A DNA stretch of 63,040 nt, counting the filler, from Octopus bimaculoides (taxonomy: Eukaryota), in NCBI RefSeq assembly GCF_001194135.2. It is 6 parts of 6 records of this genome, joined end to end, with 100 filler letters (N's around TTAATTAATTAA, not from the genome) between each part and the next. Parts side by side here need not be neighbours in the genome. Positions count along the whole stretch, not along the records: positions 11,645 to 17,120 come from NC_068983.1; positions 17,221 to 42,378 come from NC_068988.1; 4 more parts are not named here. One strand, 5' to 3'. The position numbers and the translations under genes were made by a program. Within the stretch, counting starts at the first letter, position 1. Each line of letters opens with the position of its first letter. Below the pieces are notes generated by a model. The model saw only the letters and a list, made by a program, of their open reading frames with translations, was not told the DNA's origin and searched no databases. Below, one piece after another: positions 13,844 to 25,789 of this stretch.

Positions 13844-14446
13844 GTGTGTATGTGTATGTATGTATGTATGTATGTATACCTATATATTTATGCATGTATG
13901 TAAATATGTAAATATATATATATATATATATATANNNNNNNNNNNNNNNNNNNNNNNNNNNNNNNNNNNNNNNNNNNNNNNNNNNNNNNNNNNNNNNNNN
14001 NNNNNNNNNNNNNNNNNNNNNNNNNNNNNNNNNNNNNNNNNNNNNNNNNNNNNNNNNNNNNNNNNNNNNNNNNNNNNNNNNNNNNNNNNNNNNNNNNNNN
14101 NNNNNNNNNNNNNNNNNNNNNNNNNNNNNNNNNNNNNNNNNNNNNNNNNNNNNNNNNNNNNNNNNNNNNNNNNNNNNNNNNNNNNNNNNNNNNNNNACAT
14201 ATGTATATGTGTATATGTTTGTATGTGTTCATTTGTATATATATATATATTGTAGTATACGTGAGCGTGTGTACGTATTTTTGTTTACTTCCGTTGAATC
14301 CTTTAAATATGTTTTCGTTTAATGAGGGCGGTTTCGAATTGGCACTGCTTAGACGAATAATTTCATTAATGAATTTTCATTAAAAAGGTAGATAACCTAT
14401 GGAAATATCATCATCATCGCCGCCTCCGCCGCCGGTGTCGGCGTCG

Positions 14447-14512
<66 letters not shown>

Positions 14513-14739
14513 CCATCACTATCACATAGTGATGCTGCTTATGAACATGGGAAAATACCTCGTTTTTATTTCTGCTTGTTAAATGTAAATACATGAGTTA
14601 TCTCGCATACATAATAATGTGAGTAGAAAAATTGCGATCAAGTGACATTATCCACTCAATTATTAGGTAAAATCTCCCTCTAAAGGTGTTTAAAATCCAC
14701 AACCAAAAAGCAAGGGATAAAACTCCAATATGACCGGTT

Positions 14740-15112
14740 ATCTTTTATCTTTTACTTGTTTCAGTAATTGGACTGCGGCCATACTGGGGCACTGTTTGGA
14801 CGGTTTTTTTTTCGAACAGATCGACTCTAATATTTGTTTTTGCTTTAAGTTTTGTACTTATATCGCTTTGTTTGTCGAAGTGCTAGGTTATAGGGACGTA
14901 ATCAAACCAACAGTGGTTGTCTTGCGGTGGTGGGGACAAGCACAGATTCAAAGACATACACGATGGGCTTTCACATAGTTTCTGCCGACAAAGTTCAACC
15001 ACAAGGCATTGGTCGGCCCGTGGCAATAGAAGAAGAAACTAGCCCAATGTGCCGCGCAATGAGATTGGATCCGAAACCACGTGTTTGCAAAACGATTTTC
15101 TTAACCACACAT
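14740..15112 (-). mobile_element. SINE family A, highly diverged
   Basis: Recognisable tail TTTTACTTGTTTCAG...GACTGCGGCCAT and head CTTAACCACAC. Confidence 0.75.
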
Positions 15113-15464
15113 TCATGCTTATGTCTATATTGATGCTCAGCATTTATCAATAATTTCTAGAAAGTACGTCAGTCATAAAAACTAAATAAATGCTAAAAGT
15201 GAGAGACACAATTCATTAATATTTAGTCTTGCCAAATAAAAAGGTTTAATAAGGGAGAAACCTGGGCGTTGCTTTCATCAGTTGAATTTGGATGGAAAAA
15301 AATTAATTGACTACAATGCATTGACTAAGAATTTCGATCATATGAACCTTTGAAGTTATAGGACTTGCATTTTCATGTCTTTGTATTATACGTGTGACAT
15401 TACTGTTTAGTTTGCTTGTATATATGTACTTGCGTGTGTGTGAGTATGCGCGTACACACACACA

Positions 15465-15505
<41 letters not shown>

Positions 15506-15791
15506 CCATTTCATATATCTTCTTTCAATTTCTGCTTTCTGCAAATAAGATTTTTACGGATACAACTGCTTACAAAAATAGAGATTAATGTATAATTTCT
15601 TTCTACGTTCACAATTAAATCAATGTTTTAATGATTAGACAGCTGTTTTCTGACAAGGGTTGGGGGAGTCAGGAAATTTTCATACAGCTAGAGGTTCCAA
15701 TCGAAACAGGGGACTCGAAATGATAAGGTTGAGAAACGCTGTTATAGATTATGCTTAACCGAAAACGATCACAGCCACATCATCCAAACGG

Positions 15792-15819
15792 ACCGGGTGA
15801 AACCGGGCTTAGCTGCTAG
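15792..15819 (+). mobile_element. Helitron-type 3' terminus (hairpin plus CTAG followed by T)
   Basis: ACCGGGTGAAACCGGGCTTAGCTGCTAG|T, same layout as the Helitron end at 35706-35733. Confidence 0.6.
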
Positions 15820-16044
15820 TATATATATATAGTCAATTGAAATAAACAAACAATTCAAATTGAGAAAAAGGAAAAAGAAGATGAACGTGAGAAAGTGCAC
15901 AGGAAATGTATTAGCTTGAAGCTCAGTGAAAGGAGAGAGTTTGATGTTTCGAGTATAGCTCTTCGTCGGAAAGGAGAAAGAGAAAAGTCCAAAGACGGAG
16001 AAGAAATCGCCAACGGCACACGTGTCGTTCCATTGCTGAAGTGA

Positions 16045-16106
16045 CCGGAAGTAGAAAGAGATGGAGAAAGTGGTTTTTGGAGGACAGGAGAGTGAAGATG
16101 GTCAGT
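16045..16106 (+). promoter_or_regulatory. Candidate ETS/GABP site followed by a short ATG-initiated exon and splice donor
   Basis: CCGGAAGT at 16045-16052; ATG at 16061 reading MEKVVFGGQESED; G|GTCAGT donor-like site at 16100/16101; locally CpG-retaining, non-repeat sequence. Confidence 0.3.
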
Positions 16107-16260
16107 ATGTGTGTGTATGGACATATATATGTACATGTGTGTGTGTGTATGTATGTGTGTGTGTATGGATATATGTGTTTATATGTCTTTGCATTCATAA
16201 ATCGACTTAGGATTGCATATTTAAAGTATCACCGAAAGAAAAAAATTATCCCTGATCAAG

Positions 16261-16302
<42 letters not shown>

Positions 16303-16775
16303 TATATGCATACACACACACACACATATATTTACATACACACACACATATTTACATACATACACACATATATATATATGCAACTTCTAGCGTCAAGGGA
16401 AAATTATGGCGTCCAACAAATCTTTCAGCAGACCCCCATAAAAATGTCAACGACAGAAGAAAGAAAAGTAAGTAAAGGATAAAGAAAAATAAAGAACATG
16501 AACGCACAAGCACAACGAAATCTTTCAATTCGATCTATATTACTCCTCGTATATTATATTACATAGCCATAATCGTTCAAAAGAACACGTACCCACACAT
16601 TCGTACAATCACGTGCTCGCCTCTTTATAAATACACCCATAGGACTCTCTGTCGCTCTGTTACCTTCGTTCTTTGTCTCCTTTTCTCTGCTCTCTTTATC
16701 TCTCCCTCTCCCTCTCTTTCTCTCTTACGTAATGCTGCAGCCCATCCCAGTACCTTGTCTATATCACAATCCCTT

Positions 16776-16847
<72 letters not shown>

Positions 16848-16851
<4 letters not shown>

Positions 16852-17120
16852 GGTCGATTTTGCCTTTCGGGGTCACTAAAATAAGTGCCAGCAGTGCTGG
16901 AGTCGGTGTAATCGACTATTCCCATCCCCCAAATTTCAGGCCTTCTTCCTATAGTTGTTGTTTGTTCCTTCTCGAGCCATGCTTGGCTCATAAGGGTCGA
17001 TTTCCCAGTTTCATTGGCGCATAGGATCCCCACCTGGACGGGACGCCGGTCGGTCGCAGGTGAGCTGCTAGATACAGGAGGAAGGCGTGAGAGAAAGTTG
17101 TGGCGAATGAATCAACAGAA
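16848..17120. mobile_element. SINE C 3' half (+) abutting a MetaSINE-like fragment (-)
   Basis: GGTCGATTTTGCCTTTCGGGGTC at 16852; minus strand CCTGCGACCGACCGGCGTCCCGTCCAGGTGGGG near 17030-17062. Confidence 0.6.
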
Positions 17121-17251
17121 NNNNNNNNNNNNNNNNNNNNNNNNNNNNNNNNNNNNNNNNNNNNTTAATTAATTAANNNNNNNNNNNNNNNNNNNNNNNN
17201 NNNNNNNNNNNNNNNNNNNNTATATATATATATGCATACACACACACACAC

Positions 17252-17287
<36 letters not shown>

Positions 17288-17394
17288 ACATATATATATA
17301 TATGAAAGACATAATTAAGGTTCAGTTGCATTATGTATTTAAGTTGAGGTACCAGGTAGGTGCAGTATTATCTGCACAGCTAGAAGTAAGGTGA

Positions 17395-17986
17395 ATAAAA
17401 TCAAAATAAGTAACAATGTGTCAGGTATTAGTGTAATATGACTGTTTCAAGTGGCTCCATTTTTTTGTGGTGGGAGGTACTTATGACAGTAAGAAATTAA
17501 AGTTCCTTTCTTTTTGTAGTGAGGGGTATGTATAGCTTTAAGAAATTAAGGAATTGGAGAAACATGTAGTAATATTTATTTATGACCAGCAGCCAGCTCT
17601 GAGCTGCCAACTTAATGTTCATTATTCTCAATAGACGTAGTATTCTGGCCTTAGATCTTTTGTTGATGATAAGAAGGTAGATTAAAAAAAAATTAGAAAT
17701 GAATTATAATCCTATGACTGTCACTGTGTTCCATGCCACTCCAAAATTGTAGTTCTTCTCTTAGATTATTCTTGCTGCAATAGTGACAGCATGAAATTCA
17801 TTCATCCTCGAGAGGATTTGAGATAAAATTATATTAATATATCTTTTTGTTGAAAATCCATGTTTATTTCAACTGAAGCATCGTATTAAAATTGATGTAA
17901 TGCTTGCGCTGTTCAATTAAATGGAGCTGCTTGAAACGATCGTATTGCACTAATACTTGACTTCCTGCTACCTATTTTGATTTTAT
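17395..17986. repeat. Fold-back repeat with 68-bp inverted arms; same family as 41444-41820
   Basis: 17395-17462 versus reverse complement of 17919-17986, about 80% identical by eye. Confidence 0.75.
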
Positions 17987-17989
17987 ATA

Positions 17990-19980
17990 TATAATCTCTC
18001 CAAAATACACACCATCGACCGCCTTCTCCCCGTCACTTATTCCATCTTCTTCTCCTCTCAATCACCCTCCCATGCACATTTCATTTAAATCTTCTTTTTC
18101 ATGAATTTCTTGCTCACACTAAACAACGTAAACTCCACTCAATCCTCCATTCCACCATACACAATGCCACTACCCCAACTCCTCTCCCACCTCTCCCTCC
18201 CTGATACGCTCCCCCTCATCCTTCCATCACTACAACCCCCACCCTCCTCCACCCCTCTTCCCAGCCTTCCACCACTTCCATCACCCCTCCCACATCTGAT
18301 CCATCCACCCCTTCCCCACTTCAGTCTGTTACAATTCCTCCTGATCTTCCCCTCTCTGAAGCAAAGTGCTCTCTTCTTGGTAGGGGTCTGTGCTTTATCC
18401 TCCTCACTCCATCCGGTAACGAATTTCAGACTCATGCTGATATCCACAGCTTTGTGTGCCGTGTCAGGCTGTGTACGCTATTCCGCAGCACTCCACCTGC
18501 ATCTAATGAGGAGGACTGCTTCACTGACCTGGGCCGCTGACCATCCTACTAGATGCCAGCTCCTGGCCAGTTCCAAGCAGTTGATCATTTTGCGGGCATC
18601 TGTCAGCACACTATGGACTGGTTTGACTTTCGCAGGTGTCCCCAACATCTCAACATCTCTCCAGCTGAACTCTCAGCTCTTCGATATCTCTGATGCTGCA
18701 AAGTCATTATCATAAAACCGCCCAACAAGGGTGAAGCCATTGTAGTGTGGCGTGCGGACCTCTACAAGGCTGAAGCTCTCCGCCAGCTTCAAGACATCTC
18801 CTTCTACTGCCCTCTGCCCTCTAACCCCACGCCTAGCTACCAACAGACGGTGTCCTCCCCTATCCATGACCTCATCTCCTCTTTCCATCATCTCTGCCTG
18901 CAACTGCCCCACGGAACTCATCTCCAAATACCTCGACTGTGTCCTTGCCTCCCTAGTGCCTTCCCTCCCCTCACACATCCACGACACTAACCACACTCTT
19001 CGTCTTTTCAACTCTTTCTCCTTCCCTCCTGGCCCCTCTAAACTTCTCTTCACTCTTGATATCAAGTGCCTATATACGGTGATCTCACACCATGAGGGGC
19101 TTCTTGCCCTCAAACACTACCTAGACCTTTGACCTAAACCCCAACGTAACACATCCACACTTCTTCATCTGGCCGAACTTGTTCTCTCTCTTAACTGATT
19201 CTCGTTCATGTGTGAGTTTTACCAACACCTTTGGGAGTCGCTATGGGAACGAGAATGGGCCCAAACTATGCGAACCTGTTCATTGGCTACGTTGAGGCCC
19301 AAATATTTTCAAGATTCACTGGTCCCACTCCTGAACTATACAGTCATTATATTGATGACTGTATCAGTGCGACTCACTCTCCCTCGAACAACTAGACTCC
19401 TTCCTCTCTTTTATCCAATCTTTCCATCCTGCCCTCAAATTGTCCTGCATGATTTCCAACACTTCCGTCGTCTTTCTCGACATTTCAGTCAACATACATC
19501 ACTTCACTCTCACCACCTCCATCCACTACAAACACACTGACTCACATTCATACCTCAACTTCTCCTCCTCCCACCCTAATCACATCAAGCTCTCCATCCC
19601 CTACTCCCAATCCTCCATCTGCGCAGGCTCTGCAGTAACAACCATGACTTTGAGACTCAGTCTTAACTCATGCCTCGCCATTTCATCCTTCCTGGATATC
19701 CCCTCACCACTATCCACACTGCCCTTGTCAGAACACATTCCATGGACCGTGCATCTACTCTCTCACCCCAAACCCACCCTGCTGTTACACATTTCCCATA
19801 ACCTACCACCCCTCCACCTTGCCTCTCCATTGCGCCATTCTCCAAGCCTTCCAGCGACTCCAGTCCAACCCCTCTACTTCACACATCTTCCCTAACTTAC
19901 CCCTCTCCTCCTTGAAATGAGCCCACAATCTACGTGACTGCCTGGTCCACAGTTTCTTCCCTTACCCCACCTCGCAACCT
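17990..19980 (+). mobile_element. Penelope-like element reverse transcriptase region, decayed
   Basis: IIKPPNKGEAIVVWRADLY; LFTLDIKCLYT; GVAMGTRMGPNYANLFIG; YIDDCI; FLDISV; YKHTDSHSYLNFSSSHP. Multiple frameshifts and stops; C-rich strand. Confidence 0.9.
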
Positions 19981-20830
19981 GAAAGATCTGTAGAGCTCGA
20001 CGAGGGAGTCCTGCAAACCTTGGTGCAACAAAATCCCATCTTAACCGTTGAGGAACTAGCAGAGAAGCTTGGATTTGGTCATTCAACAATTTGTTGACAC
20101 GTTGGAAAAGTCAGCAAATTGGGTCAATGGGTTCCTCACAAACTTCCCGAGTCTAATCACGCGCAGACAGTGAATGTGTGCTCTTCTTTGTTGTCATGTC
20201 TCATGAATGATCCTTTTTTGGATCAAATAGTGACTGGTGACAAAGAATGGGTTCTGTATAAAAATGCCAAGTACCAAAGACAGTGGGTAGGAAAAGGAGA
20301 AACACTGGCAGCCCAGGCTAAAGAAGGTCTTCACCCACGTAAGGTGTTGTTATCTGCTTGGTGGGATATGAAAGGTTTAGTCCACTTTGAACTTTTAAAC
20401 CCAAACTAAACGATAACAAAGGAGATCTGCACTCAGCTTGAGCGGCTTAAGACAGCGCTAGAAGAAAAATAGTTGGTTTTGGTTTCAAGACGAAAGATAC
20501 TCTTCCATCAGAGTAATGCTTGGCCACATACAGTGAGGATGACATTTCAAAAGCTGGAGCAGTTTGAATGGGAAACGATGTCCCACCCACCATATTTGCA
20601 GGACATTGCCCCATCTAATTATCATTTATTCCGCAATCTTCAAATTCATTTGGACGGAAAAAATATGAATTCTGTAGACGAGGTCAGAACAGTACTGGGG
20701 GAGTATTTTTCATCATGGCCAAGTGAATTTTGGAAAAGGTGCCTTGCAAGTCTACCAGGTTGATGGAGGAGAATTGTAGAAAAAGAAGGAGAGCATATTT
20801 TAGATTAAAAAAGAACTTTATCTTAATTTT
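19980..20830 (+). mobile_element. Mariner transposase fragment, decayed, 5'-truncated
   Basis: WVPHKL, IVTGDKEWVLY, KVLLSAWWD, HPPYLQDIAPSNYHLF; ends near 20812 before a gap. Confidence 0.92.
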
Positions 20831-20863
20831 CAAAAATAAAGAATTAAAAGAAANNNNNNNNNN

Positions 20864-20911
<48 letters not shown>

Positions 20912-21105
20912 TATATACATATGTATATACACATACATATACTCATATACATATATATATACACATATACATATGTATTTACATATATACATCCACATAT
21001 ACATATATATATATATATATACATATATACATATATACATATATACATGCATACATACATACATACATATATACAAATATATATATATATACATACACAC
21101 ATATA

Positions 21106-21972
21106 CAGGGTGCAGTGAATAAACTGTTGTCTAAATTATGCAAAAATGAAACTAACACTGACATCACGTTTTAACAGATATATTTACCAAAATTATATAA
21201 AAATATCTTGAAATACTAAAGAGTAAATTTATTCAATAAAATCACCATTGGCTTCAACTACACCCTCCAGTAGACTTAGGAATCTCCTGCAACTTTTCTG
21301 GATCATCTCCTTGTTTAAGTTGGTGAATGCTGTTATAATCCTTGCCTTCAGTTCATCTTTGTTGTTACAAAGAATTTTGTTGGTCTCTCACTCAACTGTA
21401 CCCCACACATAATAATGAAGGAGGTTGCATCTTGGGGAGTTAGGTGGCCAAATCTTAGGAGTGATGTGATTGGAAAAATTGTCTGACAGCCATAACTGGG
21501 TTCTCCTTGTGCAGCATGGTTTAGTGTCCTGGTGTCAGACATAGGGTCTTCCAGCAGCCACCCTGTTGACCCATTGTAGCACTACCTCCTCCAGGCACAT
21601 GATATAGGCCTCCATGTTCAATGTGAAGTCATGTGGGAAGATGGATGGAGGTATAACGATGTCATCACTAATGATCACTCCAAATACTATGATGTTGAAT
21701 GGATGTTTGATTTTTATCACTCTCGGTACATGCACTGTCTTCAGATTGACACCCAAACACTCTGAAATGTTCGTATTGGAGCTTCCAGCATGAATACGAA
21801 GCAGTACAGCATGTCATTTATACATTTCTGGCTGAGTGAATTGCGTCATCGTGCTGTTTTTCTTACAGATGGTGCTCAACTGATCCTACTATACTCTGTG
21901 GTCAACAAAATCAAAAACAGACAATCCACATGCACAAAATTAAAAATATAAAATGGTAACGATTTACCTAGC
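21106..21972 (-). mobile_element. maT/DD37D-like Tc1/mariner element, internally deleted
   Basis: GRPYV*HQD...IWPPNSPRCNLLHYYVWG...VVEANGDFIE*; TA|CAGGGTG terminus at 21106. DD37D assignment is inferred from the WPPNSPDxNPLDY-type motif; this copy shows 36 residues and D3 changed to H. Confidence 0.8.
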
Positions 21973-21973
21973 A

Positions 21974-22323
21974 GTAGTTCCATTCTGCCTGCTGTCAACA
22001 TGCCACCGCACACTTGACATGAGCAGCATTGGATATACTGGCTGTCCACTGTGTGTGTGTGTGTNNNNNNNNNNTATATATATATATATATATGTATATG
22101 TATATGTGTGTGTGTGTGTGTGTAGATGCCCACATATAGTTGTGTGTATATGTGTGTGTGTGGGTGATTGTATATGTATGTGAGTGTGTGTGAGTGTATT
22201 TGCAAAATAATAAAATTTTGCATGTGCAACCTAGCATGTGAAACAAAGTTGACAGCCAGTGTATCCAATGCCACACATGTCAAGTATGCAGAGGTACTTT
22301 GACAACAAGCAGAATGGAACTGC
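21974..22323. repeat. Inverted pair of about 76 bp flanking a microsatellite (MITE-like)
   Basis: 21974-22049 versus reverse complement of 22248-22323, about 80% identical. Confidence 0.7.
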
Positions 22324-23084
22324 CAGCATCTATTAGATTCAGATGAGCAAGTTGGATATGTTAGCATCAAAGTCAAAGGTTTACTAATGGGGGCAACAAT
22401 TGTACATCACTCGAGGAGATGCAGCTCAATCTCATTATACAGGTGAACTGATGCTTAATTTAAATCCTGTGTATATGTAGATCTATGTTGTATTAAAACA
22501 TGTGTAGTGTTTATTAAATAGCTGTCTATCCATACTCCATCTTTTTTACTCTAATTTATTCACTGCACATTGTTGCATATTCATATGTAGTGATTTGTGC
22601 ATTATTGGTATGATCTCTTCAGAGTATATAAAGTATGACATTGTTCGAAGAGGAATTTTCCTCTGTTATTAGTCTGAATTAGGCTTGGTAGTAGAAGTAA
22701 ACCATGACATTCTTCTAATGAGATGTTTTACTCGACTGTTTGTCTCAGAAAATTCAGTAGCAACAGTGTTTGTTGAAGTTAGCAAATGTTCTTGGCTAGG
22801 CAGGGAGTGATTATTTATAGAATATTTATTTTTGATTGATTCTACATACTTTATAGTCACAAGGCATTTTGATAGATTTCAGAATTGAATATATTATTCG
22901 AATTTTGTGAAGGTTATTAATGGATAATTACTAAGCAGTAAGAACCACGTGGTTATTAAAGGAAGTAGCCATTTGTGTTTTAAATTCTTCTAGCTTATTA
23001 TTATCATTGCTTTAAAGTGTTTCTAGGTTATATTATATGTAATCTTATGAATTGAATTTTATTCTTATATTCTTTATATTCTTT

Positions 23085-23295
23085 TATTCTTTCACTTATT
23101 TCAGTCATTTGACTGTAGCCATGCTGGAGCACCACCTTTAGTCGAGCAAATTGACCCCAGGACTTATTCTTTGTAAGCCTAGTATTTATTTTATCAGTCT
23201 CTTTTGCTGAACTGCTAATGTTATGGGGACGTAAACACACCAGCATCAGTTGTCAAGCGATGTTGGGGGGACAAACACAGACACACAAACATATG
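23085..23295 (-). mobile_element. SINE family A, 3' half
   Basis: Tail and 3' body only. Confidence 0.8.
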
Positions 23296-24240
23296 GCTAT
23301 TATTGTTATGTTTAGAGAAAAAAATTATCGAAATAAATTAATGCATTCTATTATTTAAATTTTCTAAAAAGAAAACGTTATTTGTGTAAGCAATTAAAAC
23401 GTCTTTCTTGTCTAGTGTTAGCTAATTTATTTTTTGAAGTATATATTTGGTATAATTCCTCCACACACATACACACACACACGTACCAAATTCAATATAA
23501 GCCATAAATCCAGCTCAGGATTGGTTCCAGGTGTGGCATAGGTATAAAAAAAAAAGAACACAAGTGGGGTTTAAAATTTACTACAGCTGTTTTGGTAGCG
23601 TTTTATCGATGCATTCAAAGATTACACATTAGCATAAATCCATCTTAAGGTCAAATTTTAAGCATGTATAAACAGGCAGGCTAAAACCCAGAAGATGATC
23701 TATTCAAAAAGTAACATAAGGAAGAAGTGATATTTTAAAAAAGAGCAATCAAATTTATAGAAAAAATAGAGAAGTAAATAGGCATTCTAGGAGCAAATAG
23801 TTTAACACAATCTATTTTTCAAGCTGTTATCTATTATTTACAGTAATGACCTGCTGTGAGGATGAGCAGGAAGTAGCCAGGCCATCCAAAATATATCTAG
23901 GAAGATCAGTAAGATAAAACTCCAGACGTCAGGGGTGGAGCGGGTGGAAACTTATAGAACCACATAAAAGTACTGTCACCATTCCATGCTAGAACACACA
24001 CACATGCATATGCATAGACATATACATTTATTTACGATTACACAAGAGTATATACTATATGTACACACACAAAATCTAATGGTATACATATATATGCCCA
24101 TACATATATATAGACATTTACAGATACACTCATACACATGTATATACATATATACATGCACATGTCAATATATACACGTGTACGCACATACATACGTGTA
24201 TATATATCCACTTAATCATATATATATATATATACATATA

Positions 24241-24287
<47 letters not shown>

Positions 24288-24360
24288 NNNNNNNNNNCAG
24301 ACACACAGAGACACAGACACACACACACACACACACGCACACACACATAAAGTTACATTA

Positions 24361-25638
24361 CAGGGGTTGGACAAAATAATGGAAACATTTTAAAATTTCA
24401 AACAAATTAATTTTTATATGGGGTAGGACCACCTTTGGCAGTAATTACAGCTTGAATTCTATGAGGTATGGACTCGTACAAAGTTTGAATTGTTTCCAAA
24501 GGAATTTATGTCCATTCTTCAGCTAAAACAGTCTCCAGTTCTTGTAGTGATGATGGTGAAGGATATCAAATCCTTACTTGTTTTTCTAAAATGCACCATA
24601 TATGTTCAATAATATTGAGATATGGGGACTGAGGTAGCTAGATAAGATGTTCAACTTCACTAGAATGTTCCTCATGCCATTCAGTAACAACTTTAGCTAT
24701 GTGAATTGGTGAATTATCATCCTGAAAGATTGCATTTCCCTCCGGAAACAATTTTGTAACCATAGGATGAATTTGACCAGATAAAATGCTTAAACAGCCT
24801 TCACTATTAATTCTGCCATGTAGGGAAATCATTGGGCTGGCGGATTTCCAAGATATAGCCCCCCCCCCGATCAATATAGATCCTCCTCCATGTTTAACAG
24901 TTGGAAGAAGGCAGAGTGTGTCAAATGCTTCTTTTGGCTGTCTCCACATATATACTCAGCTGGTGGTTGGAAATATGGTAAAGGATGACTCGTCCAAGAA
25001 AATAACATTCTTCCACTGTTCTAGGGACCAATTCTGTGGGTTTTTACTCCACTCTAAATGCTTAGCAACGTTTGTTTTTGAAAGTAATGGTTTTCTGATT
25101 GCAGCCCTCCCATGAAATCCAGCTTTGTGTACCTCCCGGCAAACAGATTTCATGGAAACTGGGTTCTCGAGATGGTCATTAAGCTCTGCAGTAATTTTAG
25201 GAACTGCACTTTTGTGATCCTTTCTAACAATTCGCGTAAGAGTCACGCAGTTCCTATCTGAAAGTTTTGGTTTTCTTCCAGAGTTACGTTTTGACGAGGA
25301 GGTTTTTTTCTTTCTTTCTCAAAGGCTGTCATTACTTTTGAGAGACAGGACTTCTTGATACACCAAACATTTCAGTTGTTTGCGTTTTGCTAGCACCTGC
25401 CATACGAGCACCAAGAATTTGACCTCTTTGAAAGTCTGATAGATCTGTAATTTTAATGAATTTTAATTACCTTTTTCTTATGATATCTGAAAAGAAACAG
25501 TAATTTTAGCAAAACATATTAAGCAACACTAATAATAAATCAAAAAAACATAAGAATAAACAAGCCTTTGATGGGTTTAGAGATATTTCAAAATTACGAT
25601 GCTATGATGCTAAGTGTTTCCATTATTTTGTCCAAGCC

Positions 25639-25641
<3 letters not shown>
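24361..25641 (-). mobile_element. Full-length Tc1-like transposon, DD36E spacing, pseudogenised
   Basis: 27-bp TIRs CAGGGGTTGGACAAAATAATGGAAACA with one mismatch, TA on both sides; VIFLDESSF, TVKHGGGSILIGG, IFQDDNSPIH...PQSPYLNIIEHIW; in-frame stop and frameshifts. Confidence 0.95.
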
Positions 25642-25689
<48 letters not shown>

Positions 25690-25789
25690 AACACACATGC
25701 CTATACCTATATATTTCTATATATAAAAACACTGACACAAGCTTGTGTTTGCCTGCACATTGTTACATATCTATGTATTTATACACACA

